44,961 nucleotides of DNA from Alphaproteobacteria bacterium (GCA_016793045.1 JAEUKZ010000083.1:1-44961); one strand, 5' to 3'; positions 18,299-28,130 are shown, counted from the stretch's first letter. Notes: a model not told the origin generated them from the sequence alone. Program-made: numbers and translations.

Positions 18299-19507
18299 AT
18301 GGCCGACTTCATTCGACGCGAGAGGGCACGTTCGGCGGAGATCACCGTCGAGCTTGCAGAGACCATGACCGACGCAAACAGCTTCCTGACCGCCGCCGAC
18401 CTCGAGCGCCTGGCGCACGAGCCGTCCTCCGTCAATCGCGCGGCGACGGCGGAGAAGATCGCCTTCGCCTTCGGCACCGGCAAGCTCACCGACCAGGAAC
18501 GCGAGCTCGCGGTCGCCATCTTCGACATCCTGTGCCGCGACGCCGAAGTGCTGGTCCGCCGCAAGCTCGCGGAGAGCCTCAAGTACCACGCCGACCTGCC
18601 GCATCGCATCGCCCAGCAGATCGCCTTCGACATCGCCGAAGTGGCGGCGCCGATGCTGCGCCATTCGATCGTGCTGACCGACGAGGACCTGATCAGCGTC
18701 ATCGGGCGCTGCTCGGCCGACCACGCGCAGTCGATCGCGCAACGCACCTACCTGTCGGGCGAGGTGACGAGCGCGCTCGTCGCGACCAACGACGAATCGG
18801 TCGTGACGACGCTGCTGATGAACAAGGACGCGATCGTCAGCGAGGCGACCTATCACCTGATCGTCGACACCTTCGGCGGCGTGCCGCGCATCATGGACCA
18901 GGTCAGCATGCGCGCCGCCCTGCCCTTCGGCGTGATCGAGCGCATCGTCACCCTGGTCACCGACATGGCGCGCCAGCGCATCGTGTCGCACTACGGCATG
19001 CAGCCGAGCTTCGTCGACAATCTGATGACGCATTCGCGCGAACACCTGCTGCTCACCACCGCGCTCTCCGACGCGACGCCGGAGGAGATGGAAGACGTCG
19101 TGCGCAAGATGCACGCCGACAGCGTGCTGACGCCGACGCTGGTCCTGCGCGCACTCTGCCTCGGCAACTTCGTGTTCGCCGCCATGGCGATGGCGCGCAT
19201 GGCGGGCCTGCCCTACGGCAACGCGCGCGAACTGCTGCTCGACCCGGGTCGCCGCGGCGGCGACCAGCTCTACGAACGCTGCAACTTCCCGCCGCAGTAC
19301 AAGGGCGTGTTCAAGGGCGTGATGTCGCTCGCGCGCTGGTACATCTACACGGGCGCCAAGCGCGAGCGCGGACCGTTCCAGAACCGCGTCCATCGCTGGG
19401 GCGCCGAGACGCTCGGCGTGCCGCAGAACCTGATCGGCTTCGAGCAGATGATCACCAAGCTGCTCACCTCCTCGGTACCGATCGGCGAGAAGAAGAAGAC
19501 GCACTGA
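18299..19507 (+). CDS. DUF2336 domain-containing protein
   Basis: RAATAEKI, VLVRRKLAESL, DIAEVAAPMLRHSIVLTDEDL, LTPTLVLRALC; GGGGAG RBS. Confidence 0.8.
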   Translation: MADFIRRERARSAEITVELAETMTDANSFLTAADLERLAHEPSSVNRAATAEKIAFAFGTGKLTDQERELAVAIFDILCRDAEVLVRRKLAESLKYHADLPHRIAQQIAFDIAEVAAPMLRHSIVLTDEDLISVIGRCSADHAQSIAQRTYLSGEVTSALVATNDESVVTTLLMNKDAIVSEATYHLIVDTFGGVPRIMDQVSMRAALPFGVIERIVTLVTDMARQRIVSHYGMQPSFVDNLMTHSREHLLLTTALSDATPEEMEDVVRKMHADSVLTPTLVLRALCLGNFVFAAMAMARMAGLPYGNARELLLDPGRRGGDQLYERCNFPPQYKGVFKGVMSLARWYIYTGAKRERGPFQNRVHRWGAETLGVPQNLIGFEQMITKLLTSSVPIGEKKKTH

Positions 19508-19586
19508 GGGGCATCGCCACCGGGGGCGCGGGCGCCGACGCGTCACGCCTCCTGCCGCCCGGCGCGAACCGTGCTACATCACGCCG

Positions 19587-20444
19587 GTGGCTGCCGTCTG
19601 CGTCATCATCCCCGCCTTCCGCGCGCATGACACGATCGTGCGCGCGGTCGAATCGCTGCGCGCCCAGACTCGCGGCGACTGGGAAGCCGTCATCGTCTCC
19701 GACGACGGCAGCGACTACGCGGCGACGCTCGCGGCCGCCGGCATCGTCGATCCGCGCATCCGCCACGCCAGCACCGGCAGGGTCGGCAGCGGCCCGGCGA
19801 CCGCGCGCAACGCCGGCCTCGACCATGCCGAGGCGGCGCTGATCGCGCCGCTCGACGCCGACGACCGCTTCGATCCCGAACGACTTGCGCTCCTCGTCCC
19901 GCTGGCGCAGCGCCACGGCGCCGCCGCCAGCAACGTGCGCGTCGTTGACGACGCCACGGGCACGGAACTGTCGACCCTGTTCCCGCCCGCAGGCGGCGAG
20001 CGCGTGCTCGATGCCGCGGGCTTCCTCGCCACCTCGGTGCCGATCCTCTTCGTCGCCGCGCGTGCCATCGCCGGGCGCTGGGACGACGACGTGTTCCTGT
20101 GCGACGACCTGCCGTTCAACGTCCGGCTGTTCGACAAGCTCGGCCGCATCAGGGTGACCGCGCGGCCGCTCTACGAATACCGGGTGCGTGCGGGCTCGAT
20201 CTGCCACGACGTGCGCTCGGGCGAATGGGCGCAGCGCGGCTACGCCACGGTGCGGGCGCGCCTGGAGACGGACGGGCTGGGCATCGCGCGGCCGGAGGTG
20301 CGGGAACTGCTTGCCCGCGCGGTCGAGCGCAAGCAGCGCCTCAACCGCGCGTTCGAAGCCGCGCGCGCCCGGGGCGAGGCCGACAACTTCCAGGATTTCG
20401 TCGCAGCGCGCGGCCTCCAGGCCGGCGACCCGGGGGGAAACTGA
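19587..20444 (+). CDS. Glycosyltransferase family 2
   Basis: VIIPAF, VSDDGS, GPATARNAGL, LDADD. Confidence 0.88.
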   Translation: MAAVCVIIPAFRAHDTIVRAVESLRAQTRGDWEAVIVSDDGSDYAATLAAAGIVDPRIRHASTGRVGSGPATARNAGLDHAEAALIAPLDADDRFDPERLALLVPLAQRHGAAASNVRVVDDATGTELSTLFPPAGGERVLDAAGFLATSVPILFVAARAIAGRWDDDVFLCDDLPFNVRLFDKLGRIRVTARPLYEYRVRAGSICHDVRSGEWAQRGYATVRARLETDGLGIARPEVRELLARAVERKQRLNRAFEAARARGEADNFQDFVAARGLQAGDPGGN

Positions 20445-20470
20445 CTGCGCTTCGTGCTAGGCTCCGGCGC

Positions 20471-21055
20471 ATGATTCGCCCCCTGCTCGCCGCCGCCCTC
20501 GCTGCGACGGCCCTGCTCGCCGCCGCGGACGCGCCGGCGCAGCAGCCGACCTGGCAAGCGCTCATCCGCGCCGAAGACCGCGCACGCCTCGACGCGTGGC
20601 ACTCGACCGTCTTCGGCAACATCGCGCGGATCGCCCCCGCCAACTACTACGCGATCACGCCCGCGGAACTGCGACAGTTGATCTCGCAGCAGCCCGGCGC
20701 GCTCGACGAGCGCGCGCTGGTGGGGAACTGGCGCTGCCGGTCGGTGCAGATCCCCTCCGCCGGCGTGTTCGCCTACCCGCCCTTCGCCTGCGCGATCCGC
20801 CAGACCCCGCAAGGGCTGTTCTTCGAGAAGACCGCCGGCTCGCAGCGCCTCAGCGGCCTGCTCTACCCGGACGGCGGCGCGCGCCTCGTCCTGCTCGGCG
20901 GCGCGACGGTCAATGAAGAGCCGCAGCGTGCCTATGTCGGCGGCGCGCCGGACGACGTCGTCGGCACTCTGATCGCGGTTTCGCGCGACCGCGCGATGCT
21001 GCGCTACACCGGGCAGACCGGCCCGCAGCTCTACGAGATGACGCGGGGGCGGTGA
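20471..21055 (+). CDS. Exported DUF4893-like protein
   Basis: Signal peptide; DRARL, GNWRCRSV, F.C.I, FEKTAGSQRLSG.LY. Confidence 0.7.
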   Translation: MIRPLLAAALAATALLAAADAPAQQPTWQALIRAEDRARLDAWHSTVFGNIARIAPANYYAITPAELRQLISQQPGALDERALVGNWRCRSVQIPSAGVFAYPPFACAIRQTPQGLFFEKTAGSQRLSGLLYPDGGARLVLLGGATVNEEPQRAYVGGAPDDVVGTLIAVSRDRAMLRYTGQTGPQLYEMTRGR

Positions 21056-21069
21056 GCGGCCGCGTCGAG

Positions 21070-21120
21070 CCCCTCACCCGGGCCGTGCGCCCCCTCTCCC
21101 GCCGAGGCGCGAGAGGGGTG
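21070..21120. repeat. REP/RIME-like palindromic intergenic element
   Basis: CCCCTCACCC...CCCCTCTC-12 nt-GAGAGGGG hairpin between convergent genes. Confidence 0.5.
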
Positions 21121-21178
21121 AAATCGCGATGTCGCATAAGTGCCGATGCGGGTGAGGGTGCCGCCGCGCCGCGCGCCT

Positions 21179-21592
21179 TCAGCTCGTCATGCACGCGGCG
21201 TTCAGCACGCCGACCGCGAACGAGAATCCGCCGAGCGTGATCGCGGCCGCGGTCTTGCCCTCGGCAATGTCCTCGACCAGGCGCGGATGCCAGAGACGCA
21301 GCGCGAAATAGGTCGCGATCTGCACGATCATCGCCACCGCGCCCCAGACGACCATGTCGAGCATGCTCTGGCTGTGTGCGATCGCGCTGGCGAGCGGCAG
21401 CACGAAGCCGAACACCGAGCCTGCGAGGCCGGTCGCGGCGCCCGAGTTGCCGGCGCGGATCAGCGCGAACTCGTCGTGCGGGGTGATCCGCGTGTAGATC
21501 GCAAGGAACAGCGCGAGAAGCGCCAGCGCCACCGCGAAATAGGCGAGGAAGCTCGGCACGGTCGAGAGGTAGAGCGGCAGGCGGTCGAGCAC
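21179..21592 (-). CDS. DUF350 (YjfL-like) membrane protein
   Basis: YTRITPHDEFALIRAGN.GAA, LPLASAI, VGVLNAACMT; GTG start behind GGAGG. Confidence 0.85.
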   Translation of the reverse strand: MLDRLPLYLSTVPSFLAYFAVALALLALFLAIYTRITPHDEFALIRAGNSGAATGLAGSVFGFVLPLASAIAHSQSMLDMVVWGAVAMIVQIATYFALRLWHPRLVEDIAEGKTAAAITLGGFSFAVGVLNAACMTS

Positions 21593-21611
21593 GACTGGAG
21601 CCCTCCAACGG

Positions 21612-22724
21612 TCAGCGGAAGAGATGGGGCACGAAGCGGCTGGTGTTGGTGGTGATCGGCTGGTCGTCCTCGCGGATGCCGATGCCCGCGGGCTGCGAGG
21701 CGACGACCCACGACCCCACGACGGGATAGTGCCCGCCGAAATCCGGCAGCGGCGCGGCCGCCTGGTAGACGAATCCCTCGGCACCATAGCTGCCGGGCCG
21801 GCCGGCCTCCGCGCCGGTCACGACGCGCACATCCTCGCCTTCGCGCCCGAGCAGCGGCTTGGCGACCGCCGGGCCGGCGATCTTGCCGGGCTCGAGATAG
21901 GCCGGCAGCAGGTTGGGATGGTCGGGGAACATGTGCCAGAGCAGTGCGAGGATAGCCTTGTTGGACAAGATCATCTTCCACGCCGGCTCGATCATGCGCA
22001 CGCCGCTCGGCCCGATGTGGCGCGAGAAGTCCTCCGCCATCAGCCATTCCCAGGGATAGAGCTTGAACAGCGCCGCGATCGGCCGGCCCTCGCCGTCGAC
22101 GAAGCCGCGCCCGTTCCAGCCGATCTCGTCGACGAACAGGAACGGCGCCTCGATCCCCGCCTGGGTCGCGGTGTCGCGCAGATAGTCGGTCGTTCCGCGA
22201 TCCTCGTCATGGTCGCGCACGCAGGTGAAGTGGACGACGGGACCGAGCCCGAGGCGCGGCCAGGCGTCGATCAGTTTCTCGTGGATCGAGTTGAACTGGT
22301 CGTCGTCGGCGAACAGAGTCTGGAGCCATTCCCATTGCACGACGCTCGCCTCGAACAGCGCGGTCGGCGTGTCGGCGTTGTATTCGTAGAGCTTGGGCGG
22401 CTGGCCGGGCGCGACGCGCAGGTCGAAGCGGCCGTAGAGATTGCGCTCGCCCCGCTGCCAGCTCGCGCGCGCGAGCGCAGCGGCCGCTTCGCTCATCCCG
22501 AACGGGGCGAACAGGTTCTCGCGCACCACCTTCTCGACCGCCGCCATGCAGCAGCGCTCGAGTTCGGCCGTGGCATCCTCGATCTCGTCGATTTCCGCCG
22601 CGGTGAAGAGATAGGCCGCGGTCTCGTCCCAGTACGGCTTGCCGTCGATGGTATGGAACGCGAAGCCAAGCCCTTCCGCCCGCCGCCGCCAGTCGCTGCG
22701 CGGCGTGATCGCGATCCGCTCCAT
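21612..22724 (-). CDS. Glutathionylspermidine synthase-like ATP-grasp ligase (YgiC/YjfC family)
   Basis: YWDE, LYGRFD, KLYEYNADTPT, FKLYPWEW, EPAWK.ILSNK, KPLLGREG, GIREDD, SRFVPH. Confidence 0.92.
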   Translation of the reverse strand: MERIAITPRSDWRRRAEGLGFAFHTIDGKPYWDETAAYLFTAAEIDEIEDATAELERCCMAAVEKVVRENLFAPFGMSEAAAALARASWQRGERNLYGRFDLRVAPGQPPKLYEYNADTPTALFEASVVQWEWLQTLFADDDQFNSIHEKLIDAWPRLGLGPVVHFTCVRDHDEDRGTTDYLRDTATQAGIEAPFLFVDEIGWNGRGFVDGEGRPIAALFKLYPWEWLMAEDFSRHIGPSGVRMIEPAWKMILSNKAILALLWHMFPDHPNLLPAYLEPGKIAGPAVAKPLLGREGEDVRVVTGAEAGRPGSYGAEGFVYQAAAPLPDFGGHYPVVGSWVVASQPAGIGIREDDQPITTNTSRFVPHLFR

Positions 22725-22728
22725 CGAC

Positions 22729-23295
22729 TCAGGATCCGCCGCCGCTGCCCGAACGCGCCATCGCGGTGCCGCCGAAGCCGCCGCGCGTGGTGTCGGCCGT
22801 GAAGTTGCGGCCCTGCAGGGTCCCGACATAGGAGCGGCCCGAGAAGGCGCGGCCCTGCGCGTCGCGATAGACCGGCGACGCCATCGCGCCGGGTGCCGCG
22901 TTGCGCGCGAGCCAGAACCCGGTCATCAGCGGGATGAAGCTGAAGCCCGTGCGCGGCGTGCTGGTCTGCTGCGGCGCGCCGTCCGGCTTCCCGTTCGACG
23001 GCGTCGTCGTCTGTGCCTGCCCCTGCGCCTGCGCGACCTCGACCGGTTCGCAGTTCGCGGCGCCGTATTCCTGCTCGCATTGCTGACGCGAGGCGAAGCG
23101 CGGCGCCGTCAGCATGTGCCGGCCGCGCGCCTCCGCGACCGCCGCGCGGCAGGTGTCGCCATTCTCGGCGCTGGCGCACTGCGCCTCGTCGGCGAAGTAC
23201 TGGCCGCCGATCGGCTCGTCGTCGTCGCCGCACGCGCTGAGCGTGACGGCCGCCGCACCGAGCAACACCAGACGGATCGAACGCGAACGCTTCAT
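22729..23295 (-). CDS. DUF1190 (YgiB/YjfM-like) lipoprotein
   Basis: Lipobox LSAC, Cys pattern with APRF...CEQEYG...C, FIPLMTGF, C-terminal RGGFGG. Confidence 0.85.
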   Translation of the reverse strand: MKRSRSIRLVLLGAAAVTLSACGDDDEPIGGQYFADEAQCASAENGDTCRAAVAEARGRHMLTAPRFASRQQCEQEYGAANCEPVEVAQAQGQAQTTTPSNGKPDGAPQQTSTPRTGFSFIPLMTGFWLARNAAPGAMASPVYRDAQGRAFSGRSYVGTLQGRNFTADTTRGGFGGTAMARSGSGGGS

Positions 23296-23476
23296 GACAC
23301 GCGGCCTTCCCACCAAATGAACCGCTGCCCCCAGCGTAGAGCATCGCGGGCGGCGGGTCAAAACGCGCACTCCGGTATCCCGCGACGCGCGGCATTCCAC
23401 CCGGAGGCGCAACTCTGCTAGGCTCGCGCAGGAATATTGAGGATCGGTTACCCTTACAATTCGTCCGGAGATTGAG

Positions 23477-24400
23477 ATGAATCCCGCCGATCTCGCGCGC
23501 GCCCTCTGCGACGTGTCCGCCGTCACGGTGACTGCGCTGCACCCCGATCTCTCGGTCGACGAGGAGACGACGCGCCGCCACGTCCGCTTCCTGCTGCAGG
23601 GCGGCGTGCGCATCGTCGTGCCGGCGGGCAACACCGGGGAGTTCTACGCCCTCACCCGCGACGAGAACGAGCGAGTCATCCGCATGGCGACGCAGGAGGC
23701 CAGGGGCAAGGCGCTGGTCGTCGCCGGCGTCGGCTACACGATCCAGGATGCGGCGCATCTCGCGCGCGCCGCCCAGGACGAAGGCGCCGATGCCATCATG
23801 ATCCATCAGCCGGTCTGCCCCTACGTCCATCCCGACGGGCTCGCGCGGTACTACCTCGCGATCGCCGAGGCGGTTTCGATCGGCGTCGTGCTCTACGTGA
23901 AGGACCCGGCGGTGACGCCCGCGATGCTCGCGCCCGCGCTCGCCCATCCGCGCGTGGTCGGCGTCAAATACGCGGTCAACGACGTCCAGAAGGTCGGCAC
24001 GATGACCGCCGCCTTCCCTTCGGAGAAGCACAACGTCGCCTGGATCTGCGGCACCGCGGAATTGTGGGCGCCCTATTTCTGGACCGCGGGCGCGCGCGGC
24101 TTTACCTCGGGGCTCGTCAACGTGGCGCCGCATCTGGCGCTCGCAATGCTCGACGCGCTGCGCGCCGGCGACGCGGCCGCGATCGCGCGGCAATGGGCGC
24201 TGCTGCGCCCGTTCGAGGACCTGCGCGCCAAGCACGCCAACGGCAACAACGTCTCGGTGGTGAAGGCGGCGATGGCGATGGCCGGCCGGCCGGTCGGCGC
24301 GGTGCGCCCGCCGACCGCCGAGATGCGCGCCGAGGACGAGCCCGCGCTGCGTGCGATCCTCCATGGATGGGGCGTCGCCGAACGTGCAGCCGCGGAATGA
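23477..24400 (+). CDS. Dihydrodipicolinate synthase family aldolase/dehydratase
   Basis: GNTGEF, VVAGVG, GADAIM, VLY and catalytic Lys in VGVKY; GNTGE (not GTTGE) suggests a non-DapA substrate. Confidence 0.85.
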   Translation: MNPADLARALCDVSAVTVTALHPDLSVDEETTRRHVRFLLQGGVRIVVPAGNTGEFYALTRDENERVIRMATQEARGKALVVAGVGYTIQDAAHLARAAQDEGADAIMIHQPVCPYVHPDGLARYYLAIAEAVSIGVVLYVKDPAVTPAMLAPALAHPRVVGVKYAVNDVQKVGTMTAAFPSEKHNVAWICGTAELWAPYFWTAGARGFTSGLVNVAPHLALAMLDALRAGDAAAIARQWALLRPFEDLRAKHANGNNVSVVKAAMAMAGRPVGAVRPPTAEMRAEDEPALRAILHGWGVAERAAAE

Positions 24401-24439
24401 CGCGCGCCGGCCGCAGCCCCCGCATCGGACCGTGACGCC

Positions 24440-25828
24440 ATGGACCCCCTGACCGCCCTGACCCTGGGCGGCGCCGTGCTTTCGGCGCTCGCCGTCATCC
24501 TGCTCGCCGTCGTGCTGCGCCGCGCGGCCGGCGGCGACAACGCGCTCGGCGCCTTCGACGAGCGGCTGGCGCGGGTCGAGACGATCGCCGACCGGCTCGA
24601 GCGCACGATGCGCGACGAGACGCGCACGATGCGCGACGAAGCCGAGAACCGCGGCCGCGCGCTGCGCGAGGAGATCGGCGGCACGGTGCGCTCCTTCGCC
24701 GAGCTGCAGCAGACCGCCGCGCGCGACCTGCGCACGGAGGTGACCAAGACGCTCAATCAGGTCGGCGACGACATCCGCGCCACCGACGCGCAGATGTCCG
24801 AGGCGATGCGCGAACGCCTGACCGCGATGGCGACGCAGCTCGCCGCACTCGTCGAGGCGTCCGCCGCGCAGCAGCGCGAGCTGCGCCTTGCGGTCGAGGG
24901 CCGGCTCGACAAGCTGCGCGAGGAGAACGCGCAGAAGCTCGAGGAGATGCGCGCGACCGTCGACGAGAAGCTGCACGCGACGCTCGAAAAGCGCCTCGGC
25001 GAATCCTTCATGCAGGTGAGCGACCGGCTCGACCAGGTCCACAAGGGGCTGGGCGAGATGCAGACGCTCGCGGCCGGCGTCGGCGACCTCAAGCGCGTCC
25101 TGAGCAACGTCAAGATGCGCGGCAACTGGGGCGAGGTGCAGCTCGGCGCGCTGCTCGAGCAGATGCTCCACCCCGACCACTACATCAAGAACGCGCGCGT
25201 GCGCCGCGATTCGGGCGAGATGGTCGAGTACGCGGTCCGGCTGCCCGGCCAGAGCGCCGACGGCGCGCCGGTGCTGCTGCCGATCGACGCCAAGTTTCCG
25301 GTCGAGGACTACGAGCGGCTCACCGCCGCGTTCGAGGCGAGCGACGTCGTGGCGATCGAATCGGCGGGGCGCGCGCTCGAGGCGCGCATCCGCCAGGAGG
25401 CGCGCCGTATCGCCGACAAGTACATCGAGCCGCCGGGCACCACCGACTTCGCGATCATGTTCCTGCCGACCGAGGGCCTCTATGCCGAGGTGATCCGCCG
25501 CCCCGGCCTGGTAAGCGAGCTGCAGGCGCAGGGCCGCGTCGTCGTCACCGGCCCGACGACGCTGGGCGCCCTGCTCAACTCGCTGCAGATCGGCTTCCGC
25601 ACGCTCGCGATCCAGCAGCGCTCGGGCGACATCGCGCGCGTGCTCGAAAAGACCAAGGCCGAGTTCGGCAAGTTCACGCTCGTCATCGAGAAGGTGCAGA
25701 AGCAGATCGATCTCGCCTCGCGCACCCTCGACGACGAGGTCTCCCGGCGCAGCCGCGCGATCGAGCGCACCCTGCGCGAGATCCAGGTCGAAGCGCTGCC
25801 GGCGCCGGACGAACCGGCGCCGCCGTGA
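24440..25828 (+). CDS. rmuC: DNA recombination protein RmuC
   Basis: N-terminal TM and coiled coil, RGNWGEVQL, LPIDAKFP, DFAIMFLPTEGLY, GPTTL. Confidence 0.9.
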   Translation: MDPLTALTLGGAVLSALAVILLAVVLRRAAGGDNALGAFDERLARVETIADRLERTMRDETRTMRDEAENRGRALREEIGGTVRSFAELQQTAARDLRTEVTKTLNQVGDDIRATDAQMSEAMRERLTAMATQLAALVEASAAQQRELRLAVEGRLDKLREENAQKLEEMRATVDEKLHATLEKRLGESFMQVSDRLDQVHKGLGEMQTLAAGVGDLKRVLSNVKMRGNWGEVQLGALLEQMLHPDHYIKNARVRRDSGEMVEYAVRLPGQSADGAPVLLPIDAKFPVEDYERLTAAFEASDVVAIESAGRALEARIRQEARRIADKYIEPPGTTDFAIMFLPTEGLYAEVIRRPGLVSELQAQGRVVVTGPTTLGALLNSLQIGFRTLAIQQRSGDIARVLEKTKAEFGKFTLVIEKVQKQIDLASRTLDDEVSRRSRAIERTLREIQVEALPAPDEPAPP

Positions 25829-25832
25829 CGAT

Positions 25833-26201
25833 CTAGCGCCGCCCCAGCGCCGAGCAGCGCGCGGTGCCGTGGCCGGCGATGCCGCGCCGGTTCACCTGGA
25901 TCGAGACGTAGAGCACCGAGCGCCACAGGAAGGCCTCGCTGTTGGGGCAGGCCTCCGCGGCTTCGACGTTCATGTCGCGCACGGTCCAGATCGGCGCATC
26001 GAGCGACACCGCGGCGCCGAGCCCACCGTCGAAGATCTGCACGTCGCGCACGCTCCAGCCGATCGGGATCTCCTGCTCGAAATACTCGCGCACCGCGGCG
26101 GCGATCGCCGGCAGCTCGGCCGGCGGGCGGCGGCGCGGCTGCGCCTCCGCCGTCGCGTATGCGGCGACGAACGCGAACGCCGCGACCGCGAATCGGATCA
26201 T
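25833..26201 (-). CDS. Hypothetical exported protein
   Basis: Signal peptide MIRFAVAAFAFVAAYATAEA-Q, two Cys; ATGA overlap with the upstream gene. Confidence 0.6.
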   Translation of the reverse strand: MIRFAVAAFAFVAAYATAEAQPRRRPPAELPAIAAAVREYFEQEIPIGWSVRDVQIFDGGLGAAVSLDAPIWTVRDMNVEAAEACPNSEAFLWRSVLYVSIQVNRRGIAGHGTARCSALGRR

Positions 26202-26602
26202 GCAAGTCCGAGCTTGCGCTGCGTCGTCTTGGGCAGGCGCGCCACGACGACGTCGTAGGCGCGGCGCAGATAGGCGCGCAGATCGGATTCGGGCAGCGCG
26301 TCGAAGCGCTCCAGCGCCACCCACTTGGCGCGCGCGAGATAGGGCGCCGGCACGATCCCCGGCAGCTGGGTGAGGATCGCGAAGCTGTCGTCGGCGCATT
26401 TGAACGACATGGCGTTGCTGCCCGGCGCGCCGGTGCCGAGCACCGCGAACATCTTGCCGGCGACCTTGAACACCGGGTGGTCGCCCCACTGGATCACTTC
26501 GCTCGCGTGCGGGAAGGACAGGCAATGCGCGCGCACCGCTTCGGCCGACATCGCGGCCGCCCTGGCAGCGCGCTTCGCGGCAGGCTTGGCGCGCGGCGCC
26601 AT
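26198..26602 (-). CDS. MmcQ/YjbR family protein
   Basis: WGDHPVFKVAGKMFA, SFKC, PAPYLAR.KWV, RAYDVV. Confidence 0.88.
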   Translation of the reverse strand: MAPRAKPAAKRAARAAAMSAEAVRAHCLSFPHASEVIQWGDHPVFKVAGKMFAVLGTGAPGSNAMSFKCADDSFAILTQLPGIVPAPYLARAKWVALERFDALPESDLRAYLRRAYDVVVARLPKTTQRKLGLA

Positions 26603-26829
26603 CAGGCGGTCTTCCTGATGTTGAAGATGTAGACGCCGTCGTCTTCCTTCCAGTCGACGAGCTGGTTGCCGGTGGCGCGGCAGAACGCCTCGAAATCGCC
26701 GACCGCGCCGGGGTCGGTCGCCAGCACCTGCAGCGTCCCGCCCGACGGCACGTCCTTGATCGCCTTCTTCACCTTGAGGATCGGCAAGGGGCAGTTGAGC
26801 CCCTTGGTGTCGAGCAGAGTCGTCGTCAT
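26602..26829 (-). CDS. tusA: TusA/YeeD family sulfur carrier
   Basis: LDTKGLNCPLP, LATDPGAVGDFEAFC; 75 aa. Confidence 0.9.
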   Translation of the reverse strand: MTTTLLDTKGLNCPLPILKVKKAIKDVPSGGTLQVLATDPGAVGDFEAFCRATGNQLVDWKEDDGVYIFNIRKTA

Positions 26830-26951
26830 CCCGTTCCCCGGCTGCGCCGCGCGAACCGGCGCGATGGTATGTCTTGTCGCGCAGCGGTCGCAAGATCATA
26901 TTAGAAAACCACGATATAGTGCGGATTGCCGCGCGCCTGGAGACGAGCCGG

Positions 26952-28049
26952 ATGCCCGAGTTGCACGTGAACACGCTGGTGGCGCTGCTCGCCTTCGCAG
27001 CGGGGATCGTCTTCGGCGCCACCGCGCAGCGCACCAATTTCTGCACCATGGGCGCGATCTCGGACATGGTGAACCTGCAGGACTATCGCCGCTTCCGTTC
27101 GTGGCTGCTCGCCATCGCGGTGGCGATCGCCGGCAGCCAGGCGCTGCACCTCGCCGGCCTCGTCGATCTCGGCCGCTCGATCTATCTCGCCCCCAACCTG
27201 GGCTGGCTCGGCGCGATCGTGGGCGGGCTGATGTTCGGCTTCGGCATGACGCTCGCCGGCGGCTGCGGCAACAAGACCCTGGTGCGCATCGGCACCGGCA
27301 ATCTCAAGTCGCTGGTCGTGGCGATCGTGCTCGGCCTGTTCGCCTACATGACCCTGCGCGGCATCATCGGCCTCGCGCGCGTCGCCTGGATCGAGCCGAC
27401 CGGCCTCGCCCTCCAGGCGATCGGCGGCCAGGGCCTGCCCGACCTGCTCGCGCGCGCGACCGGGCTCGCGCCCGCGCCAGCGCGCGGCGCCCTCGCGGCG
27501 CTCGCGGCCGGCGTCCTGGCGTGGATCTGCTTCAGGGACCGCGACTTCCGCGCGAGCCCGCGCGACATCGCCGGCGGCGCCATCATCGGGCTGCTGATCC
27601 CCGCGGGCTGGATGATCACCGGCATCGCCGGCGCCGACGACTTCGATCCGACGCCGCTCGCCTCCTTCACCTTCGTCGCGCCGATCGGCGAAGGCCTCGT
27701 CTACCTGATGACCTTCAGCGGTGCCACGATCAATTTCGGCATCGCCGCGGTCGGCGGCGTGATCTCCGGATCGTTCGTCGCCGCGATCGCCGCGCGCCGC
27801 TTCCGCGTCGAGAGCTTCACCAACGCGCCCGACATGCTGCGCCACCTCGCCGGCGGCGCGCTGATGGGGACAGGCGGCGTGCTGGCGCTCGGCTGCACCG
27901 TCGGCCAGGGAATCACCGGCCTCTCCACCCTCGCCGCCGGGTCGCTGATCGCCTTCGCCGCGATCGTCGCCGGCGGGATCGCGGGCATGAAGTACCTCGA
28001 GGAAGGCAGCCTCGCCGGCGCCGCCCGCGCCATGCTCGCGCGCGGCTGA
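26952..28049 (+). CDS. YeeE/YedE family sulfur-compound (thiosulfate) transporter
   Basis: Three conserved Cys motifs NFCTMG, GGCG and LGCTVGQG; GLMFGFGM; polytopic membrane protein. Confidence 0.9.
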   Translation: MPELHVNTLVALLAFAAGIVFGATAQRTNFCTMGAISDMVNLQDYRRFRSWLLAIAVAIAGSQALHLAGLVDLGRSIYLAPNLGWLGAIVGGLMFGFGMTLAGGCGNKTLVRIGTGNLKSLVVAIVLGLFAYMTLRGIIGLARVAWIEPTGLALQAIGGQGLPDLLARATGLAPAPARGALAALAAGVLAWICFRDRDFRASPRDIAGGAIIGLLIPAGWMITGIAGADDFDPTPLASFTFVAPIGEGLVYLMTFSGATINFGIAAVGGVISGSFVAAIAARRFRVESFTNAPDMLRHLAGGALMGTGGVLALGCTVGQGITGLSTLAAGSLIAFAAIVAGGIAGMKYLEEGSLAGAARAMLARG

Positions 28050-28130
28050 ACGCGCACCGGGGTGAGAGCCCGCTGCGGGCGGAATGCACGGCGATTGCGC
28101 GCCGTTGTCGAACGGGCGGAGACTGAAGCG

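Noticed and set aside
22493-25180. Long antisense ORFs (895 aa here; also 26901-29219 and 31896-33761)
   Set aside because: Typical stop-poor shadow frames of high-GC genes, with no motifs
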